Shown: positions 55,875 through 64,000 of the stretch, in pieces | Position numbering within the stretch: position 1 is the stretch's first letter | Layout of the letters: every line of letters starts with the position of its first letter | IMG/VR virus record: IMGVR_UViG_3300031132_000002 | Source of the DNA: a virus | Length of the DNA stretch: 64,000 bases | Direction: 5' to 3' (one strand) | Translations under genes and position numbers: made by a program | Notes under the pieces: generated by a model | Database searches by the model: none | What the model saw: only the letters and a program-made list of their open reading frames with translations | Told to the model about the DNA's origin: nothing

Positions 55875-56474
55875 TTACTCAAACCACTCTGGGTCAGCAC
55901 CGAAGGCTGTGAATGCATCTAGAATGCTACCGCTCTTACCTGCGCCAACACCTACGATATCCCAGCCACCTGCATCAGAACGTTTCAGAGAGGCTACGTG
56001 GATGATGCTACGACCAGCGTGTTCTTTCTCCAAGAAGTTGAAGTCCAGTACAGTTTCGTTGGTCTCCATATTAACCAGTTCCAGCAGACCTGATGTTGCA
56101 TTACCGAAGGTCAGGCTGTCTGAGTCATCGTCGATGGTCAGAACAAATGGGATCTCAGTGACGTCTTCTGGCAGAGTTTCCAGGTTAATATCGATGGTTT
56201 CAAAGTCGCCAGTACCATCACGAACGTCACCACCGTAGAATACAGAGCGGCTCGGGTCAAAGCCATTCGTAGGGGCATAGAACACGATGTGACGAACATC
56301 AATAACTTCTGGATAACCTTTAGCGTCATTACGACACAGCAGCGCTGAGCAGTCCAGATCCAGTTTAACATCAGAAGTCCAGTTAAAGCGCATCAGAATC
56401 TTTTTCAGCAGCGGAGCAACTTTACGCAGTGATACTTTCTCAGAGTTACCTTTTTTCAGTGATACCTTAGCCAT
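55875..56474 (-). CDS. terD: TerD-family protein
   Basis: VSLKKG...VSL; DLDCSA; GDVRDG...ETIDINL. Confidence 0.85.
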   Translation of the reverse strand: MAKVSLKKGNSEKVSLRKVAPLLKKILMRFNWTSDVKLDLDCSALLCRNDAKGYPEVIDVRHIVFYAPTNGFDPSRSVFYGGDVRDGTGDFETIDINLETLPEDVTEIPFVLTIDDDSDSLTFGNATSGLLELVNMETNETVLDFNFLEKEHAGRSIIHVASLKRSDAGGWDIVGVGAGKSGSILDAFTAFGADPEWFE

Positions 56475-56504
56475 TATATTCTCCTTTCTCTTATTCAGTT
56501 AAAA

Positions 56505-57287
56505 TTATTTAGATACAGACTGTACGTTGTGTGCATCGCACCACGACTTGAACTTACCTTTAAGGAGTTCATCATACAGCTTTTCATCCGACATATCAAG
56601 ACTTTCTACAGGAATAAAGTCAACATTCGGGAAATCATTTGCCAGACCTCGCAGGCTACGGAAGCTACTATCACCAACGCCAACCATAAACCAGAACACC
56701 GGAGTGTTAATGTGACGTGACAGCAGGCTACGAACATAACCATCGTCTGAGTTTTCACCGTCAGTCTGGAACAGTACCATTGCTGGCATCATATTCTCAG
56801 GATCTTCATACGTAGTATGAGTTGTGGAAACTGTCACAGTTTCTTTCTTACCCAGCAGTTTACCAAAGAAACCACCTTTTGCACGTTCTTCTTGAGTGTG
56901 GACAACATTATCACGGCGGGTTTTGCCGAAGTAGCTGTTATAAATATCATCCATCACCGGAGCATATGCAGTACCACCAGAGATGCTAATACCGCGCATA
57001 CAGTTACCAACGTAGTCGTCGTATACCGCAGCAGTCGCAGAAGGCAGTTCACGGAAGCCGTGGTCAAATGCCCACATATCGATCTCTTCGTTATCGTCAA
57101 ACTGAATACCAAATGGCAGCAGTTTACCAACAAACTCGCTCATTACACCATTACGGTAGTAACTGTTCATACTACCTGAGATATCCAGTGCAGCAGCAAC
57201 GCGGAGCATCAGACGATCACCCAGGCCAGCTTTTTTCAGGGAAACTTTCAGAGTTTCACTACGTTTCTTAAGGGATACTTTAGACAT
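56505..57287 (-). CDS. Ter-associated vWA domain protein
   Basis: MIDAS DISGSM, GGTAYAP, FQTDGEN, FWFMVGVG. Confidence 0.85.
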   Translation of the reverse strand: MSKVSLKKRSETLKVSLKKAGLGDRLMLRVAAALDISGSMNSYYRNGVMSEFVGKLLPFGIQFDDNEEIDMWAFDHGFRELPSATAAVYDDYVGNCMRGISISGGTAYAPVMDDIYNSYFGKTRRDNVVHTQEERAKGGFFGKLLGKKETVTVSTTHTTYEDPENMMPAMVLFQTDGENSDDGYVRSLLSRHINTPVFWFMVGVGDSSFRSLRGLANDFPNVDFIPVESLDMSDEKLYDELLKGKFKSWCDAHNVQSVSK

Positions 57288-57367
57288 TTTCTACCTCCAA
57301 TGTTAGTTTATTTTCTAGTAGGTATTCTAGCAAACTTATCGCTGAATTCCAAGCTGTTTTACAATAT

Positions 57368-57568
57368 TTATTTTCCATACTTTAGCGCATTTACTTTCAA
57401 TTGTACTGCGTCTTGTATCTGTTCCTTCATCTTCAAACCCTTTTCAGCGCATAGAGATTTAAATTCTCGATAAAGATCAATGTCAATTTCTGCACTAATT
57501 TTGAACAAATCCTTTTCAGCTAAACCTTTAGCTGTAATTGGATGAGTACTGTCTTTCTTCTGTGTCAC
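57368..57568 (-). CDS. ribbon-helix-helix-like small DNA-binding protein
   Basis: KISAEIDIDLYREFKSLCAEKGLKMKEQI. Confidence 0.6.
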   Translation of the reverse strand: MTQKKDSTHPITAKGLAEKDLFKISAEIDIDLYREFKSLCAEKGLKMKEQIQDAVQLKVNALKYGK

Positions 57569-58251
57569 TAGTCTACCTCCAGTAGTTTCGTATCTAATTT
57601 CAAACCTAAGTGCTCAGCACCAAGTCGTTTTGCCATTGTACTGAGCGTAGATTCTACCTCAATACGAGCATTGCTTACAAGCGATTCCATACTCTCTTCA
57701 AAGCAACCTACCGCAAAAGTGGTATCTGATCTGAATCGACCTAGTGATTGTTGCATAAGAGATCGCAGTTCGTCAAGATCTTTTTTGCCAGCTTTTCCTT
57801 TAAGGATCAACTCTTCAATCTGAGCCAATACTTTCTCCCCACGCTCCAGAGTTTCAGCAAGTTTGCGATCATATTCACGCTTAGCTTTGTTTTTAGCTGT
57901 ATCTTGCTTACCAATACCAGGCAAGACCGTAAGATCTCCGTCACGGAAGTATTTGAAGGTCACAGGAGTAGGACTTCCCATACTGCTGCTAACCAAACTA
58001 GCCCACTGAGCGTGAGTTAGTTCCACTTCTAAGATGCGACCGCGTTCGTGATACCAACTGCTACTAAGGTTACGATCTTCTTCTGCTAAACAGAAGGTTA
58101 GGCAGACACGTTCATTATGAACCAGATCACTACCAAACATCTTCAAATTACCACCAGAAGGATGTGTTACCCGCACCAGCCCGTAGGCTGGATGCGTGAT
58201 TGTATAGTTTTCTGCTGTCCCTGTAATTACCGGATCAACATCATTCCGCAT
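57568..58251 (-). CDS. hypothetical protein
   Basis: HPAYG...FGSD...AQWA..VSS. Confidence 0.7.
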   Translation of the reverse strand: MRNDVDPVITGTAENYTITHPAYGLVRVTHPSGGNLKMFGSDLVHNERVCLTFCLAEEDRNLSSSWYHERGRILEVELTHAQWASLVSSSMGSPTPVTFKYFRDGDLTVLPGIGKQDTAKNKAKREYDRKLAETLERGEKVLAQIEELILKGKAGKKDLDELRSLMQQSLGRFRSDTTFAVGCFEESMESLVSNARIEVESTLSTMAKRLGAEHLGLKLDTKLLEVD

Positions 58252-58504
58252 CTTTCACCTCGTAATCTAAGTGAAGAATCAGTTCGCCCTTAGGCAGAAT
58301 GCCAGCCGGAGTACCAGCTAATTGCTCACGACATTCCAACAAGGTTTCCACAATGTTAACCTGCATCCCAGGATTATCTAGAGGCAATGTAGAGATGGCC
58401 TTTAGCACCATAACACCTACAGGATAAACGCTCTCTTTCTCTACTGAGTATTCAATCTGAAACAGTTCTGTTTCGGGGATAGAGAAGATCTTGATGTATT
58501 CCAT
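58241..58504 (-). CDS. hypothetical protein
   Basis: Coupled ORF; AAGGAG RBS. Confidence 0.65.
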   Translation of the reverse strand: MEYIKIFSIPETELFQIEYSVEKESVYPVGVMVLKAISTLPLDNPGMQVNIVETLLECREQLAGTPAGILPKGELILHLDYEVKDAE

Positions 58505-58505
58505 A

Positions 58506-59618
58506 TTAAGCTCCTTTGTTTACAATACCAGTACGGATTGTCTGAACAATACCATCTTCAAGTTCGCCTACACGGGTAATGTATTCGATACGTTCTTGAC
58601 GAGCATTGTTATTAATTTCATTAATCGCTTCCAGATCTTTAAGCAGTGTTGCCTGCTCACGTTCCAGAGTTTCGATGCTCAACACCTGACGGTTAGCCAG
58701 ACGTGCTGCTTCTACGCGGTTTGCAGAAGCTAGTTCACCACCCAATGCGATAGCATTGTTGAACTCATCAATCGTGTTGTTAAGCGCTTCTGCTGCTTTT
58801 TTCTGACGCATACTGTGAACATATGCAGAGAATGCTGCGGTATATGCTGGAATAACGTTTGTCAGTACGTTATTACTTGCACGGATAAGCTGACGACCAA
58901 CTTCCTCCATACCTTTAACACGTTGACCAAACTGAATCATCAACAGACGAAGTGCTGCGAGGTCATTGATTCGAGTTTCAATCAGATCCATTGTAGCACG
59001 TTTATCTGAACGAGCCTCAACTTCTTCCTCAGGAATACCATCAAAGGTCTCCTGCTCACGAGCAAGATTTGCAGAGAGAAGTTCAATATCACGATTCAAA
59101 GCCAGTGCATAGTGTCCTGCCTGCTCACGCAGATTACGCAGTTGATGCTGACCGTCTTTCTCGCGTTTCAGATCTTCATTAAGCTCATTCACCAGAACGT
59201 TGATACGACCATCGATTGTATCAAACTGCTCAAAGATATCTTCTTTGATACCGAGAACACGCTTCCACAGTTTCTTGAGTCCAGTAGAATTCTTCATACT
59301 GTTTGGATCAAGTTGTTTAGTCTCTTTCACCAAGGCATTCAGGCGATTAGAGAGTTCATCACCGTTATTCGCACGTTGATGTTTTAATACCTGGGATGCT
59401 ACGGTTTTAATCTGCTGACCTGCGGCTGCACCAGTAGACTGAATATCATCCTCAGACATTACAGCCGGAAGCGTAGTTTGCTTAGCCGTCACTGCTGGAG
59501 CAAATACCGGACTTTCTGCTAAAGGGTTATTCAGTGCTGACTTAACTTCCTTCTCTACTGTTGCCATTGGGCTACGAGAGCGCGAAGCGGTTGATGCTTT
59601 CAGGAACGGACTAGTCAT
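58506..59618 (-). CDS. telA: TelA/KlaA toxic anion resistance family protein
   Basis: 370 aa all-helical coiled coil; NVIPAY motif; Ter-cluster context. Confidence 0.75.
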   Translation of the reverse strand: MTSPFLKASTASRSRSPMATVEKEVKSALNNPLAESPVFAPAVTAKQTTLPAVMSEDDIQSTGAAAGQQIKTVASQVLKHQRANNGDELSNRLNALVKETKQLDPNSMKNSTGLKKLWKRVLGIKEDIFEQFDTIDGRINVLVNELNEDLKREKDGQHQLRNLREQAGHYALALNRDIELLSANLAREQETFDGIPEEEVEARSDKRATMDLIETRINDLAALRLLMIQFGQRVKGMEEVGRQLIRASNNVLTNVIPAYTAAFSAYVHSMRQKKAAEALNNTIDEFNNAIALGGELASANRVEAARLANRQVLSIETLEREQATLLKDLEAINEINNNARQERIEYITRVGELEDGIVQTIRTGIVNKGA

Positions 59619-59628
59619 TATGTTCTCC

Positions 59629-60213
59629 TTAATTAAAGATGTATTCGGCAGTTAAGATATCACGAGAATGCCCGTGTGTAAACTCTTTTGCTGTCTCTTC
59701 GTCGAAATAAATCACAGACGAGTAACCTGTTTTAGCATCGGATACAACAATAGCAGAAAGGCTGGAACGTTCGATGCGAACATTCTTCTGCACAACAACA
59801 TCATCGACACCGATCTGACCTTTAGCTTCCAAGGCAATAAGAACTGAGTCTTGGGTGATATGCATAGCTATAGGGTTCTTGATCACATACTTTTCACCAA
59901 GAACATAGCGAATCTCCAGCTTAGAAACAGCTTTAGGTGTTTTCTTAGCTCCCTTTTTACGTGCAGTTTTAACCTTTTTAGGTTTATCTTCTACGAAGTA
60001 TCGCTCGGCAATAGTAATACCACCGAAAGGCCAGCGCCCAGGGATCTCCCGCTGAGTACTTTCACCACCTTCATAACCAGCGATGTATTGGTATTTTTCT
60101 CCATTGCTCCATACTCGCAGTGAACTTAACATCCGATCACTTTCCAGCACTTTTGTTGCCCACTTTGGAGCGCCTTTAAACAGTTCTGGCTTTCCTGTAA
60201 TAATAGATCCCAT
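59629..60213 (-). CDS. hypothetical protein
   Basis: GAGGAG RBS; FKGAPKWAT. Confidence 0.7.
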   Translation of the reverse strand: MGSIITGKPELFKGAPKWATKVLESDRMLSSLRVWSNGEKYQYIAGYEGGESTQREIPGRWPFGGITIAERYFVEDKPKKVKTARKKGAKKTPKAVSKLEIRYVLGEKYVIKNPIAMHITQDSVLIALEAKGQIGVDDVVVQKNVRIERSSLSAIVVSDAKTGYSSVIYFDEETAKEFTHGHSRDILTAEYIFN

Positions 60214-60214
60214 A

Positions 60215-60793
60215 TTAATTCTCCTCTCTATAAGGTGATTGACCGAGTATTTGACAGATTGTAACCCATTTTTCCCAAGTATACAACCAAACTTTACCCA
60301 TACTCTCTTCTTTCTTTCCCTTCATAAACGTATCAGCCATAACTGAGTTGGGTTTATAATGAGCAGGCTTTCGATGATAGCCCTTAAGCATTTTAACGCT
60401 ACGATCACTCTCTCGATAAGCACATACAAATTTGTATTGAACCTTCACCGCACGTTTAGAAGCAGATTTAGCAATGGCTCCTAATTGTTCTGCGATTGCT
60501 TTCCATTGAGGGCCGTGGTCAGATACGCCACGTTGACAGAAATCAATAGCGTGGGCTATTTCGTGCCACATAGTATCAAGGATAGCTTCGTCTTGGCTAT
60601 TCTTATGCAGAAACTTGTTGATTGCAACAATCCGCTCTTTGTGATTGCACCATCCAAAACTATTGTTTCTTCTTTCACGAACACAAGCCTTGTATCCGTG
60701 ACGCTTAAGTAGTGAGTGATACTCGGGGAAGTTATCCTTTAACTCAGTCATAACTCCTGCCCATAACATCATTATTTCTTGAATAGATTTCAT
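60215..60793 (-). CDS. SprT-like zinc metalloprotease
   Basis: FGWC...HEIAH...HGPQWK. Confidence 0.85.
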   Translation of the reverse strand: MKSIQEIMMLWAGVMTELKDNFPEYHSLLKRHGYKACVRERRNNSFGWCNHKERIVAINKFLHKNSQDEAILDTMWHEIAHAIDFCQRGVSDHGPQWKAIAEQLGAIAKSASKRAVKVQYKFVCAYRESDRSVKMLKGYHRKPAHYKPNSVMADTFMKGKKEESMGKVWLYTWEKWVTICQILGQSPYREEN

Positions 60794-60847
60794 ACTTCCT
60801 CCGGTTTCTCTTAACAAGAGAGATCTTATGACCTCTCTGAGTAAAAG

Positions 60848-61060
60848 TCAACCTACTTCGTGAATGATTGCCAAACCGATATCTTGAGTAGTCTTATGAC
60901 ATACTTGCGTCCTTGAAGTGGATACACCCTTAAAAATGTACGCTTCATTTTTAGTCCCTTTATCTTCGATATCTACCAACTCGAAAATATTTGCATTTTC
61001 TAGTAGAGCTATATCGTCAAAGATAGCCCCCATTATCTGATATTTCTTTCCTACTTTCAC
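60848..61060 (-). CDS. hypothetical protein
   Basis: AGGAGA RBS, GTG start. Confidence 0.6.
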   Translation of the reverse strand: MKVGKKYQIMGAIFDDIALLENANIFELVDIEDKGTKNEAYIFKGVSTSRTQVCHKTTQDIGLAIIHEVG

Positions 61061-61072
61061 CTTTATCTCCTA

Positions 61073-61669
61073 TTAGCGACGACGAGAAGAACTGAAACTA
61101 CGTGAACTGCTGCTTCGTGAAGAGAAGCTAGACGAGCTACGGCTAGGCTTGCTATAAGAGCGGGAGCTAGATGAGCTAGAAGAACGGCTAAAGCTACTCG
61201 GTGCGCTCTTATAAGTGCTGCTAGATTTACCGCCACCAAACCAACCGCGAGTTGTCGTAGTACGTGTGGTTGTAGTCGGAGCGTTGCGGTTATAAGAACT
61301 GCTGCTTGAATATGAACTACCACCACGATAGTTACCACCGTTGCTGTAGCTACTGCTATTATTGTGATTATTAATCACAGTAGTATTATTGCCACGACCA
61401 GCATTAGACAGAAGATGACCAGTAAGTGCGCCAGCGGCGAAAGTTGCCAGACCGCTATCGTGATGACCACTACCTGCAACAACTATAGTAGAAGGCTGTT
61501 GCTGAACCACAACTGGATTATCTGCATAGCCGTCTCCGTCATAATCGTATTGCTGCTGCTGCTGGGGAGCAGGGACAACCACGGTACGGGTACGATGATC
61601 GTCACAACCTGTAAGTGCTACGGTTGCCAGAAGAACAGTTGCTGCCAGAGTGATGATTGACTTTTTCAT
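61073..61669 (-). CDS. lipoprotein with Ser/Arg-rich low-complexity tail
   Basis: Lipobox ALTGC; hydrophobic FAAGALTGHLL; SRSSSS tail. Confidence 0.8.
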   Translation of the reverse strand: MKKSIITLAATVLLATVALTGCDDHRTRTVVVPAPQQQQQYDYDGDGYADNPVVVQQQPSTIVVAGSGHHDSGLATFAAGALTGHLLSNAGRGNNTTVINNHNNSSSYSNGGNYRGGSSYSSSSSYNRNAPTTTTRTTTTRGWFGGGKSSSTYKSAPSSFSRSSSSSSSRSYSKPSRSSSSFSSRSSSSRSFSSSRRR

Positions 61670-61860
61670 AATTTATCCTCGCTTTAAGTTATTTAGATTG
61701 TATTACTTCACACTTGCCAAAACAATGAGACTCACCTTTATTTGTGAACTCAATCTTACCACCGTTCAGAGCACAAATCAATACCGTTGCAATAATAATC
61801 CATCCGATTGTTGATGCTACAAAGTCTATGACTGCAAAGACATATCCGAACCACTTCATA

Positions 61861-62226
61861 CTACACCTCCGCTACAGGTACGTCAACAAATACTTCAACA
61901 TCTTTTTCTTCATCCCAGAACATCAAACCGTTATCTGTTTCTGCGGTACTAAAAGAAGAAGTCCAATACTCGTGTAAGTGGATCTCCAAGATAAGCGTAT
62001 CGTCTGCGTCGGTGACTAACTTATGGTAGCTTACGCGCTTTCTGACTTCACACTCGCCTTCACCGTCTCCATCACAAGCCACAATACCGGACGGGATGTA
62101 AAGGTTATCTACAGTAGATGCAACAATCTTGATGCCAGGATGAGCAGCCTTCAAGCCTGTTATTGCATCGGATAAATGACGACAGAATAGATAGTTTTCT
62201 AGGAAGTCTTCGTTAGAATATACCAT
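61861..62226 (-). CDS. hypothetical protein
   Basis: AAGGAGA RBS before MVYSNE. Confidence 0.65.
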   Translation of the reverse strand: MVYSNEDFLENYLFCRHLSDAITGLKAAHPGIKIVASTVDNLYIPSGIVACDGDGEGECEVRKRVSYHKLVTDADDTLILEIHLHEYWTSSFSTAETDNGLMFWDEEKDVEVFVDVPVAEV

Positions 62227-62423
62227 TACTTTTCTCCTTGTGGAATGCAATCACTGAATTCAATAACATATCCGTGCTTCTGACCGTCTCGGTTCTCTGC
62301 TTGCATAGCAAACTTAGCTATTTCAGTTTGACACGTTTGATAGGACAGGTCAGGAACAACTACCTGATTCCAACCACCGTTACTATTATAAAGCATACTC
62401 GTTATCAGCACTAAAGTAAACAT
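62226..62423 (-). CDS. small hypothetical protein, possibly exported
   Basis: GGGGAG RBS; hydrophobic N-terminus; two Cys. Confidence 0.55.
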   Translation of the reverse strand: MFTLVLITSMLYNSNGGWNQVVVPDLSYQTCQTEIAKFAMQAENRDGQKHGYVIEFSDCIPQGEK

Positions 62424-62664
62424 ATTATCTCCCCTCTCTTATTGATAATGCCATTAGCGCGATTGCTGCCGATGGCAGGAATATAAACACTGTACAGCAT
62501 AGAAATAAAATAATCAAGCTCTTGTCCTATAAAAGTTTTTTGATAATTGACACTATGAAACATATTGCCAACACCGGAAGAACCAAGAGTACGATACCTA
62601 AGGCAAACATTGCAAACATTATTTTCTCCTTTAACGAAAAAGCCTCCCGAAGGAGGCTCTATTT

Positions 62665-63729
62665 TTATTCAGTTGCTTCTTCTAAAGCTTCTTTCTTGTT
62701 GAGTACGTGGCTGTGGTAAACCGCTGCACCCAGGAAAGCTACGCCAATCAGACCAGTTACTACTTCCGGCACTTCGAACACAAAGTTCAGAAGCATAATC
62801 ACTGCCAGGCACAGGATAGCGAAGAAAGCTCCGTTCTCCATATAGCGGTATTCACCCATATGTCCAGACTCAAGTACGTGGAGAGTCATAGAACGTACAA
62901 ACAGTGCGCCAATGCCCAGACCAATCATAATCACCAAGAAGTACTGTGTGATAGCGAATGCTGCAATCAGTCCATCAAAACTCATAGATGCATCCAGAAT
63001 CTCCAGGTAGATAAAGCCAGCCAGACCTGATTTAACCGCCATTCCTGTAACTTTAGCCATTGCTTCATCTTTCGCTTCAAGCCACTCAGACAGTAAGTGG
63101 ATACCCAGGAACAGCAGGACACCTACTGCACCAGAAGCTAGGAACGGTACACGTTCTGCTTGTTCTGCACCAAAACTTGCTGCAATCAGTGCTACTAAAG
63201 TAATACCAACCTGTACTGTAAGACTACCGCCCATCTTAGCTAAAGGTTTTTCAATCCAACCCAACCAGTGATTATCTTTCTCATCATCCAGGAAGAAGCC
63301 CAGAGCCACCATTAACAGGAATGCACCACCAAAACTCGCTACCAGATGATGACTAGACTGTAACACCTCTGCATACTGCTTAGGGTCATTGAAGCCTAAC
63401 CATACTGCGTGCCAAGGTGTCATTTCACCCAGACCAGCCACAATCAGAATCGGAAGCACCAGCCGCATACCAAATACCGCAATCAACATACCCCAGGTAA
63501 GAAAACGCTTTTTCCAAACCTCATCCATATCTGCCAGTTTCTTTGCGTTCAGTACTGCATTATCTGCTGAGAGAGAAACCTCAAGAACAGACAGAATCAT
63601 CACCGCCACCAAACCTTCAATCAATCCGGTAATAGTACCCGTCTCTGCGAATCCGATGTAACCGCCGAGTGCGATACCGATACCCCAAAGGATTGTTGGG
63701 ATCTTATAGTATTTCATAAATGTGTTCAT
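62665..63729 (-). CDS. TerC-like integral membrane protein (DUF475 type)
   Basis: LEVSLSADNAVLNA, WGMLIAVFGMR and YLEILDASMSFDG. Confidence 0.88.
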   Translation of the reverse strand: MNTFMKYYKIPTILWGIGIALGGYIGFAETGTITGLIEGLVAVMILSVLEVSLSADNAVLNAKKLADMDEVWKKRFLTWGMLIAVFGMRLVLPILIVAGLGEMTPWHAVWLGFNDPKQYAEVLQSSHHLVASFGGAFLLMVALGFFLDDEKDNHWLGWIEKPLAKMGGSLTVQVGITLVALIAASFGAEQAERVPFLASGAVGVLLFLGIHLLSEWLEAKDEAMAKVTGMAVKSGLAGFIYLEILDASMSFDGLIAAFAITQYFLVIMIGLGIGALFVRSMTLHVLESGHMGEYRYMENGAFFAILCLAVIMLLNFVFEVPEVVTGLIGVAFLGAAVYHSHVLNKKEALEEATE

Positions 63730-63826
63730 TTGTTTCTCCTCTAATTAGCTAGCAACCTATTTGCTAACTCTCTCGTCTTGATGTGATACATCTTACCAGA
63801 ATCTTTTTACTCGTCAATCTTTATTT

Positions 63827-64000
63827 TCAATCTTTATCAAAGTTTTGCACTTGGCTTGCTGGTAGACATTGGGAGGTGATGTTACTACCTCCATCGAACA
63901 CCCAACACATTACACCGTGTGTTTTATCTTTTACAACTAAAACATCAGCCTTTGTAAAACCGCCGCTGTAAACCTTTTCTTGCTGAATATCAGCAGCGTG
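63827..64000 (-). CDS. hypothetical protein (3' end only; starts beyond the window)
   Basis: Open frame ...DKTHGVMCWVF...SQCLPASQVQNFDKD*. Confidence 0.5.
   Translation of the reverse strand, partial: HAADIQQEKVYSGGFTKADVLVVKDKTHGVMCWVFDGGSNITSQCLPASQVQNFDKD

Noticed and set aside
61063-61338. Hydrophobic 91-aa ORF overlapping the lipoprotein gene
   Set aside because: Alternate-frame artefact of the Ser-rich repeat; no RBS.

Overview
64 kb of a large lytic myovirus genome of an enterobacterial host. Gene content resembles phi92/phAPEC8/rV5-type phages; this assignment is inferred from gene content only. Left to right: (1) a minus-strand RNA-repair cluster (Rnl2-type ligase, metallophosphoesterase, cyclic-phosphate receiver domain) and a GHKL ATPase; (2) a divergence point with four unusual GA-mismatch hairpins; (3) a PRS-like + NAMPT-like pair (NARP1-type NAD+ reconstitution); (4) a cluster of about 18 conventional tRNAs with several non-canonical tRNA-like RNAs, a hammerhead ribozyme and an HNH endonuclease; (5) spanins, an intein-containing terminase and a complete contractile-tail morphogenesis module ending in a tailspike; (6) on the minus strand, SSB, a nucleotidyltransferase, a family A DNA polymerase, a primase-helicase, four glycosyltransferases, a SleB hydrolase and a Ter/TelA/vWA/TerC stress cluster. 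Most notable: a hairpin-deleted paralog of the tail tube protein in the replication operon, the hammerhead ribozyme and tRNA-like RNAs, and the GA-mismatch hairpin array. All calls are by eye, with no database searches.
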